Shown: piece after piece, positions 23,190-37,159 of the stretch
Position numbering within the stretch: the first letter of the stretch is position 1
Layout of the letters: every line of letters begins with the position of its first letter
Source: Selaginella moellendorffii
Taxonomy: Eukaryota; Plantae; Lycopodiophyta
Direction: 5' to 3'
Length of the DNA: 64,000 bases
Assembly: GCF_000143415.4 (NCBI RefSeq)
Contig: NW_003314261.1
Location: forward strand, 1,750,117 to 1,814,116
Made by a program: the position numbers and the translations under genes
The notes under the pieces: model-generated
What the model saw: the letters and a program-made list of their open reading frames with translations, nothing else
Database searches by the model: none
Told to the model about the DNA's origin: nothing

Positions 23190-26100
23190 AATGAACATGA
23201 CCTTAGCATATCAGGTTGATATATTAGTGGTACCTTTAAATAAGTTGGGAATAAGACTTATGGACATTATGAGTGAGACATCTCCAAGTGATCAAATATA
23301 TAGTTAAGTGACTAAAGTAAAATGGAAATTTTGTTGTTTATAATTTGGTGTTAAAGTTCTTCCTTAGTCCAATTTTTATTAGTGGTTAAGCATATCACCA
23401 CTTGTATTGGCATCAAAACATCCCAAGAGTGGGCTTATCCTCAAGGAGTAACATGTTGAGATAGTATAACTCTCCACTTTAATTCATATGTGAACATATA
23501 TGCAATATAGTGGATAAAAAAGGGCCAATAAGGAAAAACTTTGGGATTTTATGAATAATAAAAGATTTTTCTCAAAGAGTTAAGGATGTGATTTATATAA
23601 ACATTTGATTTAACAAACTAACTAATGTTGTTGTGATAAACAATTATAGTTGGGATCACAAGAAAGATAAAGACTCCTAAACAATAAAGGAGTTGCAAAA
23701 TTATTCTTATATAGTTGAGGATGGTGTTCATGAATTAAGTCTAGAGTTAATGATTGTGAGAGGTTAAATATGGATGAGAACAAATGTTCTTGAAATGATA
23801 ATTGGAGCTACCTTTAATAACAGCTGGAACAACCTAAGGTGTTAAGAGGGTACACTCAAAGGATGAATCAATGTTCTCATCATATGAAAAGATGGTTTTA
23901 AGTGGCAAAAGTAACCCATGTGGAACAAAAGATAATCAAGTGTTAGAGTAACACTTGCAAAGATGGTCTTTATAAATAGAATGTGAAAGCAAGAAGTCGT
24001 ACTCAAGTGTGGTGGCACCTCAAATGTAATTATGAGGCTAAACCTTACAGGATATTGGATTAACAAAGTCCAAAAGTTATATAACTTAATAAAGTCAAGG
24101 GATAGAACCAAATTATAGAAATTAAAGGGCACGACCAAGAATGGTTATATAAATTATGAGTGGTGAATGAAGTGGTGCTCAAAGGTGTTGCTACTAGCAA
24201 CTATGTTGCCATGGAGAGTATAAAGTATGAAATCATTTATATTAAACCATATGGCAATTAGAAAGTTTGCAAAAAAAGAAGCTTTAACAAATTAAGGGAT
24301 AAAATCCCTTCAATATTCCCAAAAATAATTCTAGTTAAGTTGGTATCTAGAAAGACAAATATAAATAGTTCATGGGATTGTGCAAAATTAATGTGGCATA
24401 GCAAAAGCATAGTCTTAAAGTTTGTTATGAGGCAATGCTATCAAGATTGGGGGGGGGTTCCCATAGGCTTAAACAAATGGCTTTAAATGAAAGTTAATGT
24501 TTAAGGACTTTCACATTTATGCAAAGAATCATGTTACATTAGTTTGATGACTTGCTAAGTGGGATTAGTAAGTTAGAGGAATGAAGACCCTAGTTGAAGG
24601 TGATAACTTCAAAAGTGTGGCCCATAGAGCCAAGCATAGAGGAGTCCATCCATGATCAAAGATAGGTTAGCTTGTTAAGTGAGAGGATTTGGAAGTTCGG
24701 AGGAACTAAATTCCTAAGTGGTGATCTTTAGCACATATTGAATTAAGTTGGTGCACCAACATGAGGAGTCAATCTAGGCATCTTGAGTAATGCTATTTGT
24801 AAATGCATATATGGAAGTTAGTTTAAGTCCCAACCCTCTAGTTCTTCAATTTAAATCCCAATCTACTAGGGTGTGGTGATAGTTTGGAATATAAGGATAC
24901 TCATTTTTATAGTCATGGACTCTCAGTAAAAAGCCTAACTTAGGCATATTGCTAAATAAGGGATGCTCTAGAGTTATGATACATAGTTAAAATGTTTAGT
25001 GTGAAAACTTGATATATCTAATTTACTTTAGTGCAAGTGTATTAAGAATGTGGTGAATGAGATGGAGACACCCAATCTCAATTGCTATGGACCTTTGGCC
25101 GGAAGGGTTGGTTTGGGCACACCACCAAGTATGGGGGATGCCTCCAAGGTCATCATCAACATTTTAAAGGTCTTATAAATTTAATATTTATTGATAAATT
25201 TATTAAGTTGTTTATATGGGATCACTAGGTGATTCCATGGCTGATAGTCAAAGATAAAGCTCCTTAATAGGTTAAAGAATGGTGTTTCTAGTTTAAAATA
25301 GTGATTTGAAGAAATGGTATAGTGTGACTTAGTTAAGGTGACCAAATGGGAAAGACACTTAAGGGAAATAAATTGTGGTAATGCAATAATATTGTGAGTC
25401 CAAGAAAATAGTCTCTAAGAACGGATTTATAAGAGGGTTGCAACATTAGGCTATAGTTAGAGCCCACAATAAAAAGTGCTAAAGAGACTTACTAAAGGTG
25501 AACACTCTTTGAATTTAGGCGAAGAACACCCATATGGTGAATGCCAACGGATTGTGAGAAAATAAATATATTTCTAAAGATGGATTTCTCAAGTGCTCCA
25601 ATGTGGTGGAGGTGAAAACTCCAAAAGATGTAGCCAAATAATAAAGTCATGGATAACCTTAACAGAAATTATGGATAAATGGAACTTAATGCTTAGAAAG
25701 GCACGAAGTAAAAGAGAGGATAATGGTGTCCTCAATTGAAGGACTTTTTAGGATGGGGAAGTGAAGTTTGCATAATATATGCAAATCAAAGTGTTGAAAA
25801 CATTAAGGAAATTGACTCAAGAAGTCAATATCATAGTTCCAAAGTATGATGGTTAGGCCAGGACTACTCAAGATAAAGAAAGTATCTCTAACATATTTAG
25901 TGAGAACTAAATTAACAAAGGGAGAGAACCATTATATATGATTTAATAAAATTCTAAGTTAGAGAGACTATGCTCCTTAGAAGATGGAAAGGCATGGTGA
26001 GCCTTCAGTGTTGAACCATTGACGAATATTGTCTTGGTGCTAAGGAAAATGGTAATCTATAATAGGGTTACTTTATGAAATGGTTTATCATTCAATGAGG

Positions 26101-26564
26101 ACATCAAAATTTGTCTATAGGTGGTGGAGTTATAAAACACAAATCTCTAAGCCCCAAAGTGGAGCTAAGAGGGTGCCATATAGTAGTGACTGAAGCAAAA
26201 GCCAAATGAGTGTAACATGTTTGGAAGAAAATCTCAAACTCGAAAAATCAAAAGTGGGAATATAACTCCTAACGAAGTGCTCAATGAACGAACATGAAAT
26301 GATCAATAAGTGAGCCTCCAGAAAAGGGACATAAGAGGACTAACATATGATATATAGAAGTGTTGAGACCGAGTCTAAAATGGACCCAAGATGAACCTAA
26401 GATGGAGTTTGAAAAAAAGTCCATGATAGAGTCCAAGAAAGAGTCCAAGATAGAGTTCGAAAGGGACCCAAGATGGAGTTTGAGATTGAGTGCCCAAATG
26501 CACTCCAAGTGGTCAAAAGTGCGATTAAATGAATAAAGTAAAATGGAAAATTTTGTCGCTTACA
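23190..26564 (+). mobile_element. Decayed, deleted copy of element A (LTR remnants at both ends)
   Basis: LTR end and PBS remnant at ~23300-23360; internal homology to 1170-4810; GGTGGTGGAGT then LTR remnant from ~26131 to ...GCTTACA at 26564. Confidence 0.75.
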
Positions 26565-26611
26565 TTGAGTCTAATTATTGCAATTACATAACATCTATTT
26601 ATTGCACTAAT

Positions 26612-26763
26612 TTCTACTCCAAAGTCAAAAGATGAGGAGGTTTCTGCTCTACCATAAAGCTAAATAAAAAGAAGAAAATAAAAGAGGTTCTACTCCAAAG
26701 TCAAAAGATGAGGAGGTTTCTGCTCTACCATAAAGCTAAATAAAAAGAAGAAAATAAAAGAGG
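26612..26763 (+). repeat. Tandem duplication of ~76 bp
   Basis: TTCTACTCCAAAGTCAAAAGATGAGGAGG...AAAATAAAAGAGG occurs twice in succession. Confidence 0.85.
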
Positions 26764-27191
26764 AGAAATAAAATAATATTATAAGTGTGAAGGCCAAGTG
26801 TACGGCTACAATGCCGTATACTAATATTAGCATAGTGGATTTTGGTAGCTGTCGGATTAGTTTCAATCCGAACCACTCGCTCCTGTATATAAGCTAGGGT
26901 TTTTGGGCTAATTGATATGCACATTTTTGTAGTCCCACATACACACATGCACTCACATTGGTGGAGTTGAGGGGCACCTTTGATTGTCCCTGGGGAGTGC
27001 TTGGAGTTGGGATTTCGGTTTAGATCTAGCTTTTGCATCGTCTAGATCTAGCTTTTTCTATTTCCTTTCTTTTGTTCTTTCCTTTCAGAATTTTGGTTTT
27101 GATCTAGCTTTTTGCATTGTCTAGATCTACCATTTCTTTCCAGCTTTTTTGTCATTTCTCTTCTTTTGCTCTTTCTTTTTCATTCATCTTC

Positions 27192-28124
27192 ATGGCCGAT
27201 CTGCAATCTCCTCCTTTGACTCTAGAGCAGCAGTTGGTTCAATTGCTTGATGCTACGCGCTTGCAATTGAACAACCAAACTCAGTTGATGGCGGCATTCA
27301 CGGCACATGGTACAACTCCTCCTGCTCTTGGTGCCAATCCTCGCGTTTGGCCGAAGTTCTTTCGTGGGAATCCTGGGGATGATGTGTACCATTGGTTCGA
27401 TCACTTCACGGTGATTGCCACATATCATTCTTGGGATGATGCTCAACGTTTGCATGAGTTCCCCACATGTCTCCAAGGGACGGCATTGCAGTGGTACAAT
27501 GGATTGAGCGCAACCACTCGTGGCGATTGGAGTGTTCTTCTGGACGTCTTCAAACGCGCCTTTGGACACGCCGACGATTATGATGATGCCTTCCAACAAT
27601 TGCATCGTCTTCGCCAAGGGCCATCTGAGTCGGTGATGCAATTTGGCGTTCGTTTCCGAAGTCTTTTGCTTCGTGCGGAGCCAAATATGTCGGAGCGGAT
27701 CAAGCTAGGAATGTTGTGGCTAGCACTTCGTCAAGATCTTGTCGGACTTGTGCATGCACTTGCTCCTGCCACTCTTGACTATGCTCTTCGCTTGGCACAA
27801 CGTTATGAGACGTTGCCTCTTCCACTTCTTGCTACACGTCCTTTAGCTCCACTTCCTATGAGTGATGGTCCTGTTCCCATGGAGGTTGATGCTGCTGCTA
27901 CTCAAGTTCAAGGACAAGGGCGAGGACGTGGTCGTGGCCATGATGTTCGTTGCTGGGCATGTGATGAAGTTGGTCATACTTATCGGCATTGTCGGCACTT
28001 TCTGGATTGGCGACCTCCATTTCCTGGGTGGAGACCTTGGCATTAGCAACGTCCTGTTGGTGCTGCTGCGGTGGAAGGTTTGGATACCGAGGTGCATTCG
28101 GGAAATGAGGAGTCCCGCGAGTAA
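27192..28124 (+). pseudogene. gag: gag of element C (retrotransposon gag + CCHC knuckle), premature TAG at 28044
   Basis: PKFFRG..D...W, LRQG..ESV, PVPMEVD, CWACDEVGHTYRHC. Confidence 0.85.
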
Positions 28125-31100
28125 TGGAGGGACCTTGCGCGAATAAGTTAGTGACCCCTCCATCTTTCTTTGGGGAGTATCATCAAGGGGTTCACTCGGC
28201 ACCAGTTCATCCAGTGTTTACTTTCCAAGCTCGTTTTTATAACAAGAGATCTCCTATTATTCTCTCTGTGTTGGTTGATACAGGTTCGAGTTTATCTTCT
28301 ATTGCTCGACCTGTTGCCACACGTTGTTGTCTACACTTGCGTCGTGCGGCAGAACCAGTTTTCATTCTTTATGGCAACGGCCGTACACATGCATGTGCAC
28401 GGGATGAGGTGGACCTGGTTGTGCGTGTGGGCGATCTCGAGCTTGAGTTGCCGTCTTTGCAGGTGGTGCCGAGTCAAGCTTTTGACCTCATTCTTGGTAT
28501 GGATTGGTTGCAACGCAATCATGCCAAGTGTGATTTTGAGGCTTCTCCCCCTTGTCTCATACTTCCTTATGTTTCATCCATTCCTCTCACTTCCATACCT
28601 CTTCGTCCCTCTACTTCTACCTCTACTTCCATTACTTTTGTTCCCCCACTCTTTCTTTCTGTATTTCCATCTTGTTCTGCTTTTCCCTTTTCCGATTCCT
28701 CCGACGATCTTTGTGTTGCAGCTGTTGATCAGCTCATGAAGGAGTATTCTGATCTCTTTGAATTTGACCTATCGTCTGGGGCCAAGATTGCCACACGTCA
28801 TCCCATTCCAACCGGGGATGCTCGTCCAATCAAGGTTCCTGTTCGTCGTCGGTCACCTAAGGAGATCAAGATTTTACGTGCAAACGTCAAGGAAATGCTA
28901 GAGAAGGGTGTTATTCGGAAGTCGCGGAGTCCTTGGGCATGTGAACCTCATCTTGTGACGAAGCCTGACGGGAGTATTCGTTTTTGCATCGACTATCGTC
29001 CGTTAAATGAAATGACGATCCCAGATGTGTATCCTCTTCCTCACACTGCTGATCTCTTGGATCATTTGGGGCGAAGTCGTTGGTTCACTAAGCTAGATCT
29101 TGCTTCTGGGTATCGGCAAGTACCAATGGCCGAAGAAGATATTCCTAAGATTGCATTTCGTACACCATTTGGTTTGTACAAGTTCTTGGTGATGCCATTT
29201 GGTTTGAACAATGCTCCAGCAATTTTCCAGCGGATGATGGACGAGGTTCTTTGCGATATGCCGGAGGTGACTGCTGACTTCATTGATGATGTCTTGATCC
29301 ACTCGGAGGGGACATGGGAGGAGCACGTTTGTGATGTTTGTAAAGTGTTGGATAGGCTACGCGATGTTGGTTTAAAGCTGAAGCGGTCAAAGTGCGTGTT
29401 TGGGTCCAAGGACACAACCTATCTTGGGTACCGTATTTCTCGTGAGGGTTTGCATGTTGATCTTGACAAACTTGTGGCTGTTCTAAAGTTCCCTACTCCG
29501 AAGTGTGTGAATGATGTGCAAGGCTTTTTGGGTAAGGTGCAGTATCTCGGTCGTTTTGTGGATCATCTTTCCGATCGCAGTACACCATTGCGAGCGTTGC
29601 TAAAGTCATCAATGTCATCATTCATCTGGTCTCCGGATTGTGAGCGGGCGTTCATGGATCTCAAAGAGCTATTGACAACTCCTCCGGTTTTGGCATATCC
29701 TGACTACACTCGACCTTTTATTTTGCACGTGGATGCTTCTGACATTGGTCTTGGAGGTGTGTTGATGCAAGAGAGCTCGAGTGTGCCTGGTCAGCGCCAT
29801 CCCATTGCATACATAAGCCATACATTACAACCAGGGGAGCTGAACTACTCCACGATGGAGGAGTGTTTAGCAGCAGTCTGGGGTTTCGAGAAACTTCATG
29901 CATATCTACATGGTTCTCGGACGTTACTTGAAGGTGACCATGCTGCTGTTACTTCATTATTGAAGCGGAAGAACTTGGTTGGTTGTACGGCTCGATGGGC
30001 TTTGAAGCTTCAGATATATGATTTTGATGTTGTTCATCGCCCAGGGAGTTCTATGGCTGATGCTAATGCCCTTTCTCGAGCTCCTCTTCCTTCTCCACTC
30101 ACTTCTCATGTTTCTGACGAACCTGTTGTTCCAGCATCTGTGGATTTTCTAGATGAGGATTCTGTGCCGTCGGCGGTTGCTGTCCTTAACGTTCAGTGTC
30201 CACAGAGCGCAGAGCAAGATCTACCTTCTCTTGATGAGGTTCGCAAGGCTCAAAAGATTGAGCCGTGGATTCGAAGGCTTCGAGATGGGTTTGAGAATCC
30301 TGCATCACTTGCTGATGACTTGCCTTTCCGGCATTTACATTCTCAATATCGCCTTGAAGATGGCCTTCTTTATTTTGTGGGGACGGATCTTGATGATCAT
30401 TTACGGTTGGTGGTGCCTTCGGTGTTTATTCTGCGGTTTCTCCATGCCTACCATGATTCTCCTGTTCTAGGTGGGCATATGGGACACCGTCGTGTCACCG
30501 AGAAGCTGCGCAGGTCTTTCTATTGGCCAGAGATGCGATGTGATATTATCCGGTATGTGCGTAGCTGCATTTGGTGCCAAGCTCGTAATACTCCCCCTTG
30601 TGCTGCGGAAGGACGGTTGGAGTCAATTGCAGTTTCTCGTCCGTTTGAGTTGGTGGCGTTTGATCTTATGGGACCTTTTCTGCGATCGACTGCTGGCAAT
30701 GAGTATGTTATTATTGCTTCTGACTACTTGACTCGTTGGGTGGAAGTTGGTGCTCTTGCTAATGCCTCTGCAACTGCTGTTGGATACTTCCTCCTCAATC
30801 GAGTGGTGTTCCAGCATTCTTGTCCAAAACGGATTCTTTCGGATAATGGTCCTGCATTTATGGCTGAGGTATTTCATGTTTTGACATCTCGGTTGGGGAT
30901 ACGCCACACTTTTACGAGTGCTTATCATCCACAATCAGACGGTCTGGTGGAACGGCTCGTTCGGACATTCAAAGGGATGATTGCGAAGTATGTGAACTTT
31001 CAACATTCGGATTGGGATGGTTATTTGCCGTCTCTTCGGTATGCTTATGTCACAGGGGTGCAGAGTTCTGTTGGTGCTTCACCATATAAACTTCTATATG

Positions 31101-31510
31101 GTCATGATCCAATATTACCAACAGAGCTAGGTTTACCTTCGCGATTGCCACGAGCTCCTGATGCTAGGTCATGGGATCAATATTTGACAAGCATTCTTCC
31201 ACTTGTCCGAGCAGAGTCTGCTGAACACTTAGGCCGCGTACAAGTGGGACAATAACGGCGCTACAATTCCCATCATCGTCCACCAGCGGAGTACAAAGTG
31301 GATGATTTGGTGTTAGTCCGTTTTCCCCATCTTACGGTGCGTGGTTTATCTAAGGGGCTCCTTGCGCAGTGGAAAGGACCGTATCGGGTGTTGCGGCAAG
31401 TTGGACCACAAGTTTATGAGGTTCGGCATGACGTTCAGCAGGCTGATCCTCCGGAGATTGTGCATGTGCAACGGTTAAACGCTTCATACAGAGGGATCAG
31501 GAGCAGTTAA
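28124..31510 (+). pseudogene. pol: pol of element C (PR-RT-RH-IN), premature TAA at 31253
   Basis: VDTGS protease; FIDD RT; VDASD RNase H; HHCC zinc finger; SDNG integrase; WKGPY (GPY/F) after the stop. Confidence 0.92.
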
Positions 31511-32929
31511 TACCGTCTACAGATCCACCGATGCCTCCTCCTGACGTTCCTCCAGATCCCGGCCCATCTACAAGAGAACCCTGACGGCCTTCCATTATTC
31601 CGAGAGCAGGGGATGATGTGAGGGCCAAGTGTACGGCTACGATGCCGTATACTAATATTAGCGTAGTGGATTTTGGTAGCCGTCGGATTGGTTTCAATCT
31701 GGACCACTCGCTCCTGTATATAAGCTAGGGTTTTTGGGCTAATTGATATGCACATTTCTGTATTCCCACATACACACATGCACTCACGTAAGAAAATAAA
31801 AGTTTTAAACAATGGAAAAATTAGATTTAAACCAAAAGTATAAATTTAAGCACTCCTCAAAGACAATCCTCCACCAATATGAGTGTATGGAAAATATAGA
31901 AATGTGTATATCCCTAGTTTATATATAGAAGTGAGTGGTCTGAATTCAATAATTACTAAAATTCCATAATACTAATAATATTATAAGACATTGTAATTGT
32001 ACATCTAGACATAACATATAATTTTAAGTTTGAACTAAAAAATTTAAAATTAAATATACTAACTCTTTTAGCATGGCCATATATACTTACTAAAAATTTC
32101 CCAGCAAAATGCTGGTGGGTTGGCAAGGCAAAGTTCTCGAAAAACTTTAAATTTGAGTGAAAAGACAAATATATTGGCCAAGAGTTTTATGGGTAAAAAA
32201 ATTCAAAAGAAGCCATCCAGCATCCAGATTTCTAGCACAACACCATGCTCTTAATGTGTTGTTATTGACATCATATAAAGGACACATATGTGAAGAAAAC
32301 ATGTAAAACACCCAAATTTAGCTACTAGCAGAGACATATAATCATGATCCTCAACGTCCTTAAGTGGCTTCTCCTTAACCTTTGTGAATTAGTGGGTCAT
32401 TGATCCATATAGTGATAGCTTGAAGCACAACTCCAATTCTTTTACAGTGTTTTATATAAGAGAATTGTAGTTGTAGAAAGAAACATGAAAAAATTCTCAT
32501 TGGGAACTACTCCAGTGACTATGGCTGAGACAGCATTGATCTCAGAGCTGACCCAGAGGTGTTTGCTTAAAATCAAGAGTTCAAAGTCATCCACTGCTAG
32601 TAAAATGAATGCCTTCAATTGTGCCCGCCCTGCCATGGCAGTATGGCTACCATTTTGAGAGCCAACTTGTTGCATGTTGAAACCCAGCACAGAACCTGAA
32701 AATTGAATTTCTTTTGCAAGAACAGAAAGATCTTACCTATTCCTAGCTGGGGCATCCTACAAAGATTGAGTGGAAAATTCTTGTGCAGCATATGAGAGAT
32801 CCAAGCAGGCTCTCTAGTTCTATAAGCACCTGAAAAGTTTTCAGTCAAGCTGGCATGATGGAAAAGGAGCCTGTGCCTCTCGGCAAGAAAAATTTGGGGA
32901 CAGTCAAGAGGCAATTTTATCCTAAGTAA

Positions 32930-33260
32930 ATTTTAATTTTTATATAATATATTATTAATAATATAAATTTCATTTTTACTCTTTTTATTCAGGTATTTTT
33001 CTAAATATATATTTTTTTTAAAATAATAATTTATATCTATAATTTTTACTAATGAATATTTATTCTTACTTATGCTTAGGTATTATCAAGTTTACAAGAG
33101 CAAAAATTATATATAAAATCCTTGATTTTTATATACATCTTGCATTTGTTAGGCATAATTCCCTCAAGTCTTCTTTCAAAGTGGAATACAATATTTATTG
33201 TTTTGATACTATTCCAATTTAATTTTTAATATAGCAAAATTATGGTAATCAAAATAGTAT
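32930..33260. repeat. AT-rich dispersed repeat; inverted homolog at ~61680-61990
   Basis: Shared blocks e.g. TAGGCATAATTCCCTCAA, AAAGTGGAATACAATATTTATT and ATTATCAAGTTTACAAGA occur in reverse complement at 61.7 kb. Confidence 0.6.
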
Positions 33261-33419
33261 TTTGCTAACTGAGCAGCATATGCTGGGCAATAGCTAGTAT
33301 TTTGATAAGGTTTTGTCTCGGCCAATAGCTGTCTAGCACAATTTACATGCCTATTGGCTCTTCCTGCCTTGGTCAAAGCTTTGGATATATCATTACTTAG
33401 CAAATAATTGGGAGTGAAG

Positions 33420-33695
33420 AAGGTTATGTAGCTGATGTCAATGGTGTTTTCCCCAATGATGAAGGTGTTGACAAAGAAAATGCCTTGTGTGGGCATAGTG
33501 AAAAGTTGGCTATTGCATGCGCCTTAATCAACTCCAAGCCTGGGACAACTACAAGAATTGTGAAGAAACTTAGGGTTTGTGATGATTGTCATAATGCTAC
33601 TGCCAGAATCTCTGAGGTTGAGGGTAGAGAAATTGTGTCCAGGGATGCTAGATGTCTTCAGAAATGGCATTTGCTCATGCAATGATTATTTTTGA
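33420..33695 (+). pseudogene. PPR DYW-deaminase domain fragment (frameshifted, no PPR array upstream)
   Basis: GYVAD...ALCGHSEKLAIA...KKLRVCDDCH...GREIVSRD then, in another frame, FRNGICSCNDYF*. Confidence 0.85.
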
Positions 33696-34779
33696 TCATG
33701 ATCACAGATTTACCTGATCTGTGAAGCAAATATTTCATCTCCATTTTGCATTCTATCTTTGTTTTCTAATATGATATTACTGTTTCAAGTTGCAAATGTG
33801 TTGGCTGGCGAGGGCTTCTGAGTATTCTCTAGTGATTTTGCTTGGCATGCAAAGCGGGGCACACTGCTTCGATAAGCAGTGTCCTCCAGTCTTCCATGTC
33901 ATCGCTGCTGTGACTGTGGTGCTTGGGGAAGAAAAGAAGATGGCATGAGACATGGTTTCTGTCCCTGTCTTGCAGAGCAGGCAGCATCCTGCCTCCCTGG
34001 GTGTCCATCTTCACACGAGTTCAATGTGTAATGAGTGTGCCTACTTATCAGAAGTCTTAACTCTTCAACTCGTGAACTCAAGTATAGTCTATGTTTTAAA
34101 AGAAGACCATAAGGCCTTAATACCAGAAGAAGAACGAACACTCCCTTGGTTGGAGATTTTCAAAAAAAGAGAAAAATTACTAAGAATAATTATTAATAAT
34201 TTTTTATTACTGAGACATTAATAAATTATGTATTTTTCTTAGAATATAAAACATTAAATGTGTAGAAACATTAATATATTACTACCCAGATCCATCCAAG
34301 AAATAAATTACTAACAAATTCTTTTATAAATATATATTATAGAAACTATAAATTCAAATATTATATTCCATAGTATTATGTTCTAATAAATTATATTTGC
34401 AGTTAGAAAATATCTAAGGCTACATATAAAAATATAATATATACTCTTATTATTAAAGTTGTTTAATTTATTTGTATTAACAATTGGAGCTTTGGTCATC
34501 CTACACACTTTATCTTTGAATATTTTAGGTCAAAATTAAATTTTATATTTTAATTTAGCAGTATTTATAAATATAATTAAAAAACTATATTTTTCATAGA
34601 TGCCCTGTTTAGATATCACTAAAACATATGGAATCCAATACTAGGTGATTGATATACCAAATGTGGGTTGGTTTATTTTTGGTAAAGTTGATTATTTTAC
34701 TCATAAAGCATTAAAAATAAAGTATTCAGTTATATTAACAATTGGACACACTCATAACAAACCTGTTAGGTTCCATATG

Positions 34780-35110
34780 TTTTCTAAACAGGCCATCTGT
34801 ATAAAATATAGTTTTCCTATTATATTTGTGAATACTATTATTTTAAATTATAAAATTTAATTTGACCTAAAATATTCAAAGATTATAAAACAGAATAAGC
34901 TTGGATTATTTTATTCATAAAGCATTAGAAATAAATTTATTCACTTAAAAATAAATATTTACTCTCTTGCTAAACCCATTCAACAGAATGCAAATCTCTA
35001 CCAATTTTGGATTTTGATCTGGAAGATATACATAATCTATCACCTCATGCTACAACTTGGATGAGTAAGAGCATTTTGCATTCCCACAAGATCTTTTGAT
35101 ACCACACTCA
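34780..35110 (+). repeat. AT-rich dispersed repeat homologous to ~62110-62420
   Basis: Shared TATTATATTTGT, TTTGACCTAAA, TAAAACAGAATAAG, ATACATAATCTATCA. Confidence 0.55.
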
Positions 35111-37159
35111 TGGGCATTACAATTAGCAAGAGATAGAACCTACTGTCATGTGTGTCCCTATTTTTGCACCCATGAATTCACCTAGTAAAGAAAGTAAAAA
35201 ACTTACCTCATTGTATGGTAATGAGGTTATGCTCTGCACTTTCTCCTTCTAGCAATTCTCTTCTAGGACTACATAAAGCCATTGTTAGAAATGTCCTATC
35301 AATGGGTAACTATAGTCATAGTCTTCAGTTGCATTAAGCATTGCCAGTATTTTATAGGTTGCTTGGACTTAAAAATGAAGTTTTTCTCAAGTATCCTCCT
35401 AGTAAGCCTTCTTTTTTCTTTTCTAATCGAGCATGAGTCAGTCACCTTACATGTTGGAGGAGTAGCCTCTATACCAGGCATTGCCAAAATTATTGAAAAT
35501 AAGTGCGTATTTCAATTTGTTTTATCAATCCCTTATATTTGTACCACACAGAATTATCCACTTAATTCAAGCAGTAGTGATGATAACAGTGGTGACGAAG
35601 AAATGAGCGACAAAGCTCCCAAGCTTGTAGGTGAGATAGATGTTTGTTCTTTGGCCAGTTTGAGATGAGCCATTTGCCTTGCGGCACTTAAAGGGTCATG
35701 CCTCCCAGCTCACCAAAGCTGAAGCGTGATCCCATTGCTCACTTCCTCATCTCCTTGCCCAGGGTCTCAACCTTGAGATCCTGCGCTATGAGCTTGTCAC
35801 TGTCCAAGTAGCAGTCTCTCCCTTGGGGAGAGACTTACCGTAAGACTCAAATAACCTGATCAAGCGTTCAAATGCCTTCCAGCAAGCTCTAAATAACAAT
35901 CGAGCATTCACTGCTTGCATTATTTCTGTTCCTGTCAAGAAATACTGTGTGAGAAGAAAACGTGTGATCTTCAATTGTCTGGTGGCATCGGCCACACAAA
36001 GTTCTACCTCTCACAATCCTCAAACATGTTGATCTGCCATGGAACTTGCACTCCACCACCAGGAGGATGATCAATCCTGCTCTAGTCACCAGATCTTCCT
36101 TGTGGCCTTGGGCTGCTGCTGCTGCTCGAGCGATCTCAGTGCCCAGAAAACAGGTGCAGTCATGGTCAACACTTTGTTTAATAAAAAATGTAGTTTTATA
36201 TCATTCATGAAAAATATCATAGTTTTTATTATTTAAAAAAAATTATTAGAACACACACAGTTGGTCTTAAATTCATAATTGTTCTGGGTATGTAGAAGTA
36301 TACCACAGTCTTCACATATTAAACTTCTCTCTAATCAATGAAACAAATCCTACATATTAACAAAAGCAAGTGGAAATATTTTTCTGTATATTTCAAGGCA
36401 ATAAATATTTATGCACTTCAGGTCCAAATTGTTATAAATATCATCTATTTATCTGATCCATGTTGAAAACAAGGTGGTGCTGGCCTGTTTTGTATTGCCA
36501 ATGTTTCAGTCCCATGAGCTGATAGATTCCCACCATCCATGTTGACCGGAGAGGTAGTAGTTTCCCACCACAATTGTCAGATTCATGTTGACCATGGAGA
36601 GGTAGTAGTGGAACTTTTTTGATCATTATTTTTTTTAGAGTACTTATATTTAATATTTTCTATATAAATCACTTACCACAAACTTGGATGTAATTGAAGT
36701 GGCACATTAGCACTTCTATTTTCCATTATTAATGTATATCAGTCAAAGCAATATCTATTTATATACTATTTGGAACATGCTCAAATTTGCTTGTTTTCGT
36801 CGAGCAAAGTGTCAAGATCCATTCAAAGTCAATGGAGTCTAAGATAACATATTGAGCCATTTTCTCACTGGTGGCCCATCAGATTCAAAAGGGGATTTAG
36901 TTTACGGTGCAAAAAGACAAAGATCTAGTTGCCCTAAACTATGTTATGCCACCTCTTGAAGTTCCTCACCACCCAACCACCCTCGAGCTACCTCAAAAGC
37001 TCCACTGTGCCGCCGCTCCACTGTGAGCCCTAGGGTAGGTTAAGTCCCTTACCCTCACATGCCTTGTCAAAGCTGGCACTTAACAATTCTCCCCCCCCAA
37101 CAAAGTCCTTGTCCCAAGGATGAGTTGTACCAGTGATCACCCTTTCTAGGGAATCCTGC

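Larger units (their letters stand above)
26786..31788 (+). mobile_element. Full-length Ty3/gypsy element C (no chromodomain seen) with 172-bp LTRs
   Basis: LTRs 26786-26957 and 31617-31788; PBS TGGTGGAGTTGAGGGG (tRNA-Ala-like); PPT GAGAGCAGGGGATGA; flanking TAAG on both sides. Confidence 0.92.
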
